Positions 1 to 12,800 of a stretch of DNA of 64,000 nucleotides are shown piece after piece (position 1 is the first letter of the stretch; the number at the start of each line of letters is the position of its first letter). Below the pieces are notes generated by a model. It saw only the letters and a program-made list of their open reading frames with translations. It ran no database searches and was not told the DNA's origin. The DNA is from Trichoplax adhaerens (Eukaryota > Animalia > Placozoa), in NCBI RefSeq assembly GCF_000150275.1, contig NW_002060948.1:4104759-4168758 (forward strand). The letters run 5' to 3'. A program made the position numbers and the translations under genes.

Positions 1-532
1 TGTTCAGGAAGTAAAGCAAATTCCGTTACATGATAGATTAGTTACAGTAAGGACTTATTTCGTTATCTGTCTAGCCGAAATAGCTGCCTACATACAACAA
101 AGAATGATGAGCAAGATGTTGTTGGAAGAAAAAAGAGTGATGAAATGAGATTTACAAGCAAGGTTTTAAATGCAAGCTGCATAGAATACAGCGTTTGATA
201 ATTAAAAGCTGATCGCTAAGGTCTTATTTCAATTTTCTGGATACCATTCCACTAAACCGAAATGAAAATGTAAAATAAATCGACGTTCAGATACCATATA
301 AAAAAAACTTCATGATCAATTTGTTTCAGTCAAGTCTAGAAAATTGTACCGGATCAACTGATGTTCAGAAGACCTTTTTATGTTTCCTATGTATCTACTC
401 TTGTCTTTGAAGGGATATGTATCAAGTACGATGAGTAAACTTGTCAGGGAGACGTAATCCTCTTATTGCTATATATAGCCTGTATTTTACTGATCTAATT
501 ATGGCGTCGATTTTTCAAGATACTAGACTTAC

Positions 533-917
533 CTGACCAATTAATAGCGATGTCGGCTTGGTTAGAATTCAGTTTAGAGGCAGCTGATACAGAAGCACTA
601 GCTACTAACTGGCAATAATGCAAAAGCCCTTGAAATACCGGATAGTTATCGTCAACACCGAAATTTTGAACTTTTTCCCGTTTGGAACTTTCTTCTGCTC
701 GTTGTAAAAATTGTAAGTAGGCCATCGAATGGAAACGATTGAGTTGCCGCAAACTAGCGGCTTGCGGTCGTAACATTTTCATTTTATGGTGTAATCCGTA
801 TTCAAGAATTAAGTCGTAAGTTAACTGTATTCTCATCGGATGGATGGGATGATCTTGATCAAGACTTGTACACCATGTAAATGGATGGTAAAAGTAGCAA
901 ACTCGTTTTCCACTCAT
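533..917 (-). CDS. Class I histone deacetylase (HDAC1/2/3-like), first exon or 5' fragment; divergent
   Basis: ORF MSGKRVCYFY...HPIHPMRIQLTYDLILEYGL...FHSMAYLQFL...PVFQGLLHYCQL...SVSAASKLN..ADIAINWSG aligns by eye with the HDAC1/Rpd3 N-terminal third. Similarity stops at NWSG, exactly at a phase-1 G|GTAAGT donor (GT at 532-531). The catalytic GGLHH exon is not intact within the window. Confidence 0.88.
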
Positions 918-1539
918 GTTGATCGACCCGATATGAATAATTTAAATATCGACTGAAGATGTTCGCAATTTATTGATGGAGGTGAAAACGAAATAATGGA
1001 GGGTTTACTACCTCTATACTCGTTTTATATCGATTTATAGATTAGCACCTCTTATTCTCGATGATTATGATGAACATGTGAAAATATTTCATATAATCAC
1101 ATTCTCTACTCATACTCATGGATCTAAATAAATACCTATAACATCCACCGAAGATTTCAGAACGTATCTATGCTCCTTTCCTTTTTTACACCTACAACAG
1201 ACAGCAACAATAAATGTGTGAAATAATCTATTCGCTATTCTGTAAATATGGATTGATTTTTGCCTTCTTTTAGTTTATACTAACGTAGTGGTGTATAAGA
1301 CTGCTTTCCTGGGGTCATGTAAGCGAAAAATTTTAATATGGCTTTTTCTATCCAACCATGTAAAGTTTCAATTTCTCTTTATCCTCAAGATTGCGATCAA
1401 ATAATTTACATCACGGGAGTTGTGAAGTTTTCGTATCGTGATTTACTTGATTTTTGGACCGAAAATGGCTTATAATGTTGTCTTAAATATTCTACAGTAG
1501 AAGTCGATGCTGGCGCTTGGATAAACTCGTATTTTAAAA

Positions 1540-2690
1540 TTTGTTACGATTGATGTTGGCGTGATTCAATTTGACTATGCTATGGATGAAAACAATTATT
1601 GGGTCCATGATAGGAACAGATTGGAGTATGACCATAAATGCTATAAATAAGGTTCGGAAGGAAATGATTTCAGTCCCTTAAAGAAAGATTTTGATAAAAG
1701 TAGGTATCGTGGCAATTTACTAATAATCTAGATGGTAGTTCGTCCAAAAGATATCATTGGAGTATGATGATGGTAATATTACATTGAGATATTTACTAAG
1801 CTCTTCTGTCGAAAGTTAGAGTATTGACAAATTTCTGATTGAAATGGGTGGCTTCTAGAGGATATCTTGTTAATAGATGTGCAAGTCGATATGATCATAG
1901 AAGATATCAAGAAGGACGTGGTGGAGAGCATTTGGAACTTTTACATCGCCTAGAGTAGAATGAAAGTAATCCATAAACCTAGATTCTAGAGGACATTTTA
2001 GTAAATGATTAAGTGGATGATGTAAATAAGGCCAGATAGCAAAAGTTTCATTATACTACAGGAATTTTAAGGAGTTGCATGGCATAATGGATTTCTTCAT
2101 TCAGGTCTATACATTTATGCTAGGCTATACCTTTCTATGGCCACTAGTGCATATTTTTAGTAATCCATGTTGGAGCTATGCTAAGTATCTAAAAATATAC
2201 GAACAGAAAATGCGCATAAAGTATCATGAACAACTTTAATATGGCATGTCAGAAATGGCTTTAGCGTACACTTATATTACAATTGCGCAATGACGGTACT
2301 ATATTTCTGGATATGGTTTTAACATATTCCATTCATTAGCCTACTTTGCATTGTATATAATCTAGGCTAGATGTAGCCAAAGAACTGTGTGGATATTTGA
2401 AAGTTTTATGTGTTACTTTGATTAATTGTAAAAAGAGGATTGACGTTTTGCAGAAGGATAAGTCTATAATATGCACGATAATGGCATGGATGTGAGTCGG
2501 TATAATGGATGGTACTCTTAAATAGGATTGATGGAGAATAACTTAAGCTTTCGGTATTCTTTGATACTAAGAAAATAATTTACAAATGTAAGTTAATTGT
2601 ACAACAGATGGTGTCAGAATTCATTTGGAATCTGAAAGTAAAGTATTTGCTTACGGGAATGTATTCAGTAGCAATATGTGTTTAAGCTGG
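1540..2690 (+). pseudogene. Decayed Mab-21/cGAS-like (cGLR-type) nucleotidyltransferase pseudogene, apparently intronless
   Basis: Motif remnants in the expected order across frameshifts and stops: GSEG (1651); NNLD/MVVRP (1722-1746; DxD-M position); SRGYLV (~1854-1871); IHLC*AIPF/WP (2109-2143); Q*RYYISGYGFNIFHSL (2288-2338; WRxSFSxxE-like); LCGYLKVL (~2385-2408); KSIICTIMAWM* (2460-2495; SYxxKTxxxW-like). Boundaries approximate. Confidence 0.55.
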
Positions 2691-3130
2691 TTAGCATTAC
2701 AAATTACTGCTTGCAAAACGTAAATCGCATGAAAAGTTACACGAAGTACATAGAAGGAAGATTCATCTATTGATTTAGAATTGGATTTGTCTACATTATC
2801 ATGCTACATGTTAGGAAGCAAGATCTTGCGCGAAACAAATAAGGTTTAACGGACAGTGACCTAAGTTTGGAGATTTTGAATTTCTTTGGATTTCCTTATT
2901 AGGGACGTTACTCTATTCTGTTGCAGCCTATTTGTTAGTATAATCGGTATAGCTGCACTCAATACCTTAGATGCTAAACTAGGAATACTTATGTGGCATT
3001 TACCTTCCGTTAAATCCATATAATCTTTCGACGCTATCGATTAAAGTGGCAGTTATCTTTCAAGAATGTAATAAACAAGGAAAGCTTACCCATTAACACA
3101 AGCTCACTCTTGCAGTGGATAAAGCATGAC

Positions 3131-3680
3131 TTGATAAAATTCAAAATGCCTTACATTAATAGACTTAAAATTTGTTTTTATTATTACCTAAGCATTTTAA
3201 TATTATCCTATTCCTCCTAATCACATCAATATTGTATACTAAGGCCAGAATGATCGGAAAATGATTTTCGGTTTTCACTCCTGGACCAGTTTTGAAGTAG
3301 TCTAACCATGTTAAATGATGTTCAAGTCGATTTACTTTTTTCGAAGATTGTTTATTATTAATATCTTAAGTATCTTAACCGCGATACTGAAGTTCTTTCG
3401 AAGATGATCAAACATGATCAAAATTTAAAATGCCATGTATTAATAGGCGTAAAATTTGTTTTTATTACTACCTAAGAATTTTAATAATATTCTACCATTT
3501 CCTCTTAATCGCATCAATGTTGTGTACTGTGGCCAGAATGATTTCAGCCTTCACTCCAGCACCAGTTTTGAAGTAATTTAACCTCGTTAAATGATGTTAA
3601 AATCGATTCGCTTTTTCTAAGATCGTTTATTGTTAATATGCGTATCTTATCAGCAATACTGAAATTCTTTGGACGATAAT
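3131..3680. repeat. Tandem duplication of a ~280-bp non-coding unit (2 diverged copies)
   Basis: 3131-3408 and ~3414-3680 align, with shared blocks aaaatttgtttttatta, ggccagaatgat, accagttttgaagta and gttaaatgatgtt. Confidence 0.85.
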
Positions 3681-6361
3681 TGTAAGATTCTCATGAAAAT
3701 AACTTATCATAAAAGTTGCGTCGTTAGATCAATATTTAACATAGATCTCGAAATAGGATAGAATTTGTGCTCTAAGTCATAGCCTTATTAATACCAGTGA
3801 AGGCTTATGCATTATATTAGTGCGCTATCTACGGCCGCAGTGTGCTTTTATTATGAACATAATGTATAAATGAAATAGTCTATCGCATAATTTTTTACTG
3901 TAATCCACGGTTAACTTTATGAACAAGATCAGAGTTTATCTTTCCATAAGTAAGAAGCATCAGAATTGCCTTTACTACTTGTAATGCCTACGCAATAATC
4001 ATTGCACCAAATATCAACTAATATCATTTTCTTACTGGAATTGTGCTGATCTCCGAAGATTCATTTAGGGCAATTTTTGTGCATATAGGAAATTAGGGCA
4101 TACTAATCTTAGATCTATTATTCATCCTGCACAAAATTACCTCACCGCTGTAAAATGTACAGAATGTTCCGTTGCTCTTATTATTTTAATGATATCATGG
4201 CAATATGGATTGGAATTGGAAAGTACGGTATCACACTTGAATACACCAATTATTTGTATTCAATTCAAGTTAACAGTCCAACTCTGGATGTGATAAAATA
4301 AGGATAGTTATTTACTTAGCCTAGATTGATACTATTATTTTAATAGAAAGTATCTTATGGGTGGATATGCATACGTAAGCCATGATGCAATAAGTAAAGA
4401 TTTTATAGGAGTATTGCGCTAGGCTATACTATTACAAAGTAATCATAGTCTTAATTCATACAGTGACTAAAAATATGTCTTGCTTACGTGACTGATAGTG
4501 AATCTTATTCCTACATTGTATAAATTAGCCTCAAATTTAGCCTGAAAAAGATTAACTCCTACCATCACCGTAACTAGATGTACTGTAAATATTTTATGCG
4601 CAGTTTGTAAAACTATACTTATCCTTATTACGACTAGACATTACTTAATATTTTTCATCCGATTGTCTGATGAGATGAAATCTATAAACTTAAAATTTTA
4701 CTTTACTCTACAAGTTTAACGGTAAAAAATGTAGCTATAGTATCAGTCAAAATAGGAACATAAATCGCAATAAGTACAAGAAATGCTCCTAAAGTTTTCA
4801 AATTCAGTAACTGAATTGTTATTATTATTTCTATCGTGCTCGAAATTTTTGTACGTGATTGATCTATCTAAAGTAAATGATACGCATTTGAAGTTATTAT
4901 TGCCGGCTACCATTGCAAGTTCTCGATAGAATGATTAGGGAAATATTGCTTCATGTTATTTACTCTGGAAAAAGCAATGGATTAGTTTCTTCTACTGCAA
5001 ATATTACCGAAATCTAGTGTATTGTATCAATGAGGAATCAGCTCATTATCGCCTAAGAAAGTCGAGAAATAGACACATTATGTTTATTTATATAAGGTCG
5101 ATTTAAACTGAATTACTTTGAAAGGTCGTGGAGTTCGAACGAATATCCATATATGTTCAAATGTAAACTGGACTGGGGAATCAGGCGACTACCATATAAA
5201 TAGTTCCAACATCTGTCTTATGAAAATTTATCCAGTCTTTACATCTTGATTCAATTCAATTTTTACTCACATTTAATTTAACAAGAATTTGTCTCTGTCG
5301 TACTTAAAATTATCATTTATCAGTTCCATAATGTGAAATTGATCATCCTTCTTTAGTTACGGTATTCGTTGGAATAAGTTAGAAAGCAATTAATTGACAT
5401 ATGGAATATTACTTTTTTTGCATACTTTATGCACAGTTATGATGAAGTGATATGATTTATTTTTATTAATGCATATCCAATACTTTACGAGCTTGCCTAG
5501 AAATTTATTTCTATTTTATTGACATTACATCTGAATTATTGTTTACTTTGCCTTACGATTGAAATGCAGTTTAGATGTCAGATCGACTTTGGATAGCTTC
5601 AAGCTATTTTAGATTTTGAGCTTATAGAGATGACCTTAAATATTCTAAAAGGACAAATGGTTTTACTAGTAAATAATGTAATCTTAATTATTGATGTTTC
5701 CCATAAATTGGGTTTTGCACCACAATGTAAATTAACTAATGGTGAAATTTATTTGCAATACGGTTTGCTTCAGAATAATTGTACACTTACGTAACAAAAC
5801 GCATCTAAAATCAGGTAGACGAAGCTTTATTTTGAAACCTACAGTACTAACATATGCATTACTTTGACTGAATGAGATCATTTGCTTAGCTATACTGCCC
5901 TAGAGATGTTGCTACCTACTGAAATGGTAGTGAACAGTAGCCATAAATTCTATTTTGCAGTCCATATCAAAATTGTCAGTACAATTTCTATGTACGAATA
6001 GGTTTAGGAACCAGTACGAATCATGGCCGGATTACAGATATTGGCCATAGAGTCGCTATATATAATTTGTAAGTCCAATCAGTTTTAGCAGGAAATTTGT
6101 ATGTATTGATCACCCTCTATCATCATAGATGCTTTTTGTTTTTATATACGATGTAAGCATAATCGAGAACATCTATAAATTCTTCACATCCTGCTTGAAT
6201 AATGGCTAGAAATTGGCATGTAATAAAGATTGCAATGACATCATTTATGATAGACTCACATAAATTCAAAAATACACAGAACAGAATACCGCTCAGGAGG
6301 AAATTCTCGATTAGTAGTATCTTAAACTTTGATATAATAATATCAAATTAAAGATTCCTCC

Positions 6362-6381
6362 ATGATTCATTATCAAAATAA
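6362..6381 (+). promoter_or_regulatory. Conserved 20-bp upstream element of CLCA paralogue A
   Basis: ATGATTCATTATCAAAATAA starts 463 bp upstream of the ATG (6825). The identical 20-mer starts 461 bp upstream of the paralogue B ATG. Confidence 0.6.
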
Positions 6382-6824
6382 ACGGTGTGAAAAAATTTTG
6401 GCTGTCGCAGATTGAATACCTTATCATCTTACTGATAGTGTATAACAAGTGCAGACGTGTTAAATCACATTTCAGTTTAGGCGTGCATGTCATTAACAAT
6501 TCAATTTTTGCAGTGCATTTGTCATCTAGGTAGGTTTCAAATGTATAAGATTATTCTGGAAATGGATTGTTATGGTAAACATTCTAATTTTAGAATGTAG
6601 GAGGTCTTTCTTGGCATGGATCCTAGCGATAGCTATAAATATCTTACAGAAGTAATCCATCCTTAGAATATTGATTGCTGAACTAGATTGTACTCGTTTC
6701 TCAGATAAGGTCATTCTAAACTACTATTGGATATCTAAAGTTTATAAAGTCTTTGCATATTCTGTTAGATTTTTAGTCATTCAATCGTGAGTTACATTAG
6801 ATCATCCAATTTCCTACCGTGACA

Positions 6825-9800
6825 ATGGTTCGATTTTGTTTCCTGATAGCGGCAATACTATGTTGTGGCTTCCATCAAGCGATGGGCATTGTCCAATTGA
6901 CTAATAATGGATATGAAGGTGTCGTTATTGGCATTAGCGATTCAGTAAGTGAAAGCCAGTTTCCGGATTTATTAGATCAAATTCAAAGTACGTTTAATAA
7001 ATCCTCATCAAAGATATATACAGCATTTCGACGCCGTGCCTTCTTTCGACATATTACAATTATAATTCCCCGATCATGGAAGAATAGTATTAAGTACAAA
7101 CCAGCGACCAAACAATCTTTCCATACCGCTGATTTTCGAATTGAACATACTAAAGCAAGTAGTAATGAAAAATGTTCCGATCGGGCCATGGTTAGAACGA
7201 TTGGTGCCTATCAGTGCGGAGAACCGAATGACTATGTTCTGCTGACCCCCAATAGCTTTTGTCCAAGCAATTGGGCGTCTCGATTTCTGGATAAAAATAT
7301 CGTCCGTCAATGGGCTCGCTATCGTTATGGAATCTATGATGAAGAAAGCAAAGGGACCAAGCTAACATATCTGAGTGAGTTATTAACTTATCATCTTTGA
7401 GATGAGTGATTATAAATTTCTTCTTTGTTAACTGTAAGATACAGCTAATTTATCGCACGAATTATTAGTATTTAATTAAGTATACATAATTAGACACTAG
7501 ACAGGTATCACCAACATTCATGTTAGTTTAGAAGTAGGTGGCTATATATCTGATTTTATTGACCTATTTTCAAATGGTAAGAGTTGATGTTAATATTATC
7601 TACTGACTTGAGTAAAAAGTGACGGTACTGAATGCGGCAGTTTAAGGCATGAGATCAGAATTTAAAAGTTTAATTTGCAAATAAAAAGTGCCGATATTTA
7701 ACTTTCTACATTAAAGCAATATTTGAGACAACTTTTAATTTAAAAGCTTAGTTTCGAAGCTATTTTAATACCCGAAATTAGCTGCAACAGCTTAAGAATT
7801 AACATGGTAATATTGTAACCTATTTAAGATATCATATAATCTAGTCTTACTAAGCATGTTAATTCTTGGTTAAGATAAATAATAGTTTAATGATCTCAAT
7901 AAACTGCATCTGATTTATCTGTAAAATCTAACCACAACCAATTTTCGATTTTTGTAGAACACCAACAGCTACTTCATTAGCATTATAGCATTTTAATCTA
8001 CTTAAGTTAATTCTTTAAAGTAGTCTTAATAAGTATGTTAATCCTTGCTTAAGATAAAAGATAGTTTCATAATCTCAACATCTAGCCTTACATTGCATTA
8101 AATAAGCCTGGATAAATTAAATGATGATTCCGTATGCTTGATTTTAAGTGAATACTACGTATAAACGCAATTATAGCTAAATTAATGATTACAATGAGCT
8201 GAGTAGCTATTTGAAATATTGACTTCAGTTTTAATATGACGTATGAATTTAACTACGAACTAACTTTGCCTTAAGATTAATTATTTACCTACATGCTCCC
8301 TATTTGCTAACATTTACACAATGAGTTAATCCGCAGATAAAGGAAATTACAATTTCATGGTTTTACTTTAATGATTTGTTTAGCCACTCTCTCTTAGTTA
8401 TAAATTATGATTCATTTTAAAATGAATAGATTCTTGCAGGCCCTGTTTAAGATCACCTTTTTCAGGGACTGATACTGTCCGTGTGGTTTTAATTTAGAAG
8501 CAGATAAATTATTTTTCAAGTGATCTTAAATGAGCTCTTATTTTATCATCAACAGATTCTCAAACCAGTCAATATGAACCTGTTAAGTGTTCTTCTTCAC
8601 TCAAAGTTGATATTGTGCGAGGTTTTAATACAAAATGTAGCATTAATCCAAATAGTGGCTCTGTTCATTTTCTTTGCCGACCCCGAGTTGGTCGCCCACC
8701 TATAGCCGCAGGTTCCATCATGTATGAGTACCGAATGGACGGGGTAAGTTAAATCTTATCAATAAAGATTTATAAGGTGTGCTTTCCAATAAAACTTACT
8801 ACTGTATCATCAGCATCAATTTATGTTCAATTGGCTACAGGAACTAACCAATTTTGGATTTATATCTTCTTTGTATTGACGTTTTTTCTTAATATTCGTA
8901 GCTTGAACATTTTTGTGATGACGGAGGAGCTGATGAACAAAATGCCATGACACGCCATAATTCGTTGCCTCCAACTTCTCAAAATATTAATTGCGATGGA
9001 GAAAGCACGTGGACAGTTATTAAACGCCATCAAGATTTTACCAATCAAAATCGGCCTGCTAGGATTAAAAATACAGCGCCGATATTTCGATTTGTAAAGG
9101 CAATGCCAGTACGTATTGTTATGGTTTTGGATAAATCTGGCAGCATGAGGGGCAGTAATTTGCAGCAACTAATACAAGCAGCAACAAATGTTATTTTGCA
9201 ATTGGGACAAATTGATGGATCTATAGGTAATGAGTTAATATGGTAGTTAAAAATCGAAAATGTTGATGGCAACCTAAATGAATATTACATTAGTAATAGA
9301 CTACTAAGTTTTTATAAAGATTTTAGTAGTCCATGCATTAGTATTGCATTCTAGTTATAGAATGATCGAATATTATTATCGAGTCAATCCAATGTAATGC
9401 AAGTTTGGATTTTATTTTTTAATGTATTGTAAAAAATTTCACGTTTTAATTGATAGGCAGTTGTAATATATTGTAGAACTGGATTATTGAGGCCATATTT
9501 ACATTACGACCACGTTTAATATAATGATAAACAGAGTTATTAGAATTAGAACTAATTTAATAAAATTACACCGTTATTACTTTGGATACCCTTTATTACT
9601 GTAAAGTAATTAAGTCATGTTATCAGTGGAGTTATTTCAGAATAATTGAATTCTGTTCACAAGTACAAGTAAATTAAACGATTATTTTAGTATTCGAAAA
9701 CTCTGTTGCAAAAGCCCCCATTTTGTTGAGTTATTCTAATAACATTCTGTTTATATTTTAATTAACTGGTAGGAATTATAATATTTAGTACATCTGCAAC

Positions 9801-12800
9801 AGTCACTTGCCCGCTTATGGCTGTTAATAACGATCAAGACAAGAATAAATTAATTGGCTGCTTACCACCAGAAGCATCAGGAGGAACTAGCATTGGTAGT
9901 GGTATACTCAAAGGCATTGAGGTAATGTAGTTAAATTTAATATTCTATTTTCCTTGAAATATCCAATCGAGGATAATGATGACTAGTTAGATTAGTATTA
10001 GTTAAAAATTCTTCAGTGACTCCTGATTTTAATAAGAGAATGCTAGTTTTTGTAAATAGTGAGAATGATGACAGATTGCTATATATATAAATCTTTATTA
10101 ATATTTATTCAAGTCTGACTAAACGGCTGCTGCTATTAAATGTTGATTATACCATGCAGTATTAACTGAATAAGGCATATAGGAGTGCTAATATATCATT
10201 TATTGAACGGATGAATGTATTTTTTTGGACTATTCCATTAGAACATTCTATTCTTATACTATACTAGTATTGATTTAAAATTTATAGTATTTTACACTTA
10301 AAAATATAGCAGATGTATTTCCATAATGACCAATTTGTTCATATATTTTGCTATAGCTTTTACTAGGTTCAGTAGGTGAGCAAAAACCAAGTGGTGGCCA
10401 TTTAATCGTTATGAGTGATGGCCAAGAAAATGCTAATCCTCGTATTAAAGATGTAATGAGTAATATTACCGAAAATGATGTTGTTGTTACAAGTATATCA
10501 TTTGGACAATCTGCATCCAAAGTTCTTGAAGATTTGGCAAAATCAACTGGTGGTTCATCTTATTTTGCTTCCACTAATGGTACCTTAACATTAATGAATG
10601 CGTTTACTGCCATCATAAGCAATTTAGTTGGGCCGAGTAGTATCAAAGTGACGACACCGATTCAGGTAAATTCTACGGTTAGGGTAATAAATCGCTTTAC
10701 TAATATTAATGTATGGAAACATTTACTAGCTACGTTTGGATTGTTTGACTGAAGTAGCATAGTGTACTATATGGAGTTTTTTAACAGTAGAGAGATATTT
10801 AATTAATTAATATCAGTTATTATTAAACGAATATAAAAAAGAATTACTATCAATAAATGATTAAAAGGATCGTATTTATGCTATTAGCCTAGGAAGAATC
10901 TATTTTACTGTTGTATTGCTTTTGTAAGAAGATGTAGTTTTTTAATTGTTTCTGTCTTTTAGGTGTATAGTAGAGAAATTTATGCAAAACCTGGTGAATC
11001 GTTTCAAGATTTTGTTCTAGTTGATCCATCGGTGGGAGACAACTCGCAATTTACCTTTACTTGGCAATTGCGTGAGGTCGATGTTGTTCTAACTTCTCCA
11101 TCAGGGAATAGCTATACTTCTACCTCACCGGAATATATCATTTACAAACAGCAAAAATTAGTTAGAATTATAATACCAAAAGCTGAGGTAAAAGAAAAAT
11201 TATTTTTAGATACTTTAATATAAGGTTGAGGAATAAGACCATACTAAGATCTTTTTACTAGATTATGCAATTCATATAGCATTATGTATGATGCTTATTT
11301 CTCAAATATTTTCTTCTACACCGAATGGATACTATTGTTCATCGCTATACATTTAATTTACTGCTTATCGTATTCATTCTGGCTTACGGAAGTTATGTTC
11401 TAATTTCTAGAATGGAAGATGGGAATACACTATTACAGATAAAACATCCAAGCGAAGAAGAGCTGTACGAGCTACTGGCCAATCCCAAAGTATTAGTATT
11501 ACAGCATCGGCATCACCTAAAGTTGAAAATAGTAGCGATGATTCACTTATTTCTACAGGAGTCGTTATTATTGAAGTAAGGCTTAGTAAAGAGAAAATTC
11601 AATATCCAAGTGTGGTAAGCCACCTATGTTTTAGCCTAGATAAATACTAAATGCGGCATACTCGCGCCATAAAATGAATTTAATCGTATTGATTTAAAGT
11701 ACTCAATCGAGCATATTTTTTATCGTAGCCTATCGTTTATGTTGAAGTCAAACTTGGCCATTTAGCCATATTGAATTGTTCAGCGAGAGTAAAAGTAACA
11801 GTACCAAATCTTTCTAAAGATTACTTCTTCCAAGCAAGAGATGATGGTGCCGGTAATAATATGATTTTAGGGGTTACTCTTGGTTATAGTTTACATTTTG
11901 AAATGATTGATGATGGTGCTTTAGTATTCGATTTTTAATCCTTATATAAAATTTTATTAACAGGCGCAGATATTGTAGCCAATGATGGAATTTATTCCGC
12001 TTATATGACAAATTTTGATGGCAATGGGCGTTATGCTTTACTTGGGATGGCTGACACAAATGCAAATCAATCCTATGTTGACACAGATTATATTTTTGGA
12101 GTTGGTAGAGCGATAGATGATCGTCAAGTAGATACCAATGCTACATCGTCAGAAAGGCAGATGGAATATTTATACGCATTTTCTAGAGTGAAATCAGGTC
12201 CTTTATTGGAAGTTTCAAATTATCAACTAGGTATATCTTATTAGTTAATTATTATTGCAGGTATACGTGTCTGTGTCTTTCAAGTACGGTATCTAGGCTA
12301 CCTGTCTAACTGAAATGAGTTGAGATTACATATGGACTGTTTCAAATACTTTATTTCTATAATTTATCATCTTGATGAACATTTTACACTTGTATTGATT
12401 GTAAATTAAATTCATAGACAGAGATCAATTACCACCTGCTCGTGTGCACGATGTTATTGTAGCTGAAACTATATCTAAAAATAAGAGTGTAATATTAAAG
12501 TGGACTGCACCAGGCAATGATTTGGATAAAGGCACAGGTAGATTTATGATGTTATAACATTATACGTCAATTACACGGTGTTAACATCTAATCCTTTGCT
12601 GTAAATTTAAATTTCTTTTTTCGAAATAGCCAAAGGCTATGAAATTCGATATTCTAGTACAGGATTAAGCATCATGAACTTTAGAAAGAATTTTACCTAT
12701 GGCCAAATTGCGGTCTTTCAATCAGTTTTTGCAATACCGAATGCAACCAATGCCACAAAACCTAAACCAGCTGGTTCAACCGAACAAATGATAGTTACCT

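Noticed and set aside
6983-11579. Short ORFs overlapping CLCA-A exons (e.g. 6983-7189, 7074-7310, 8520-8705, 8860-9168, 9045-9272, 10275-10520, 11325-11579)
   Set aside because: Antisense or out-of-frame shadows of real exons, with no independent protein features.
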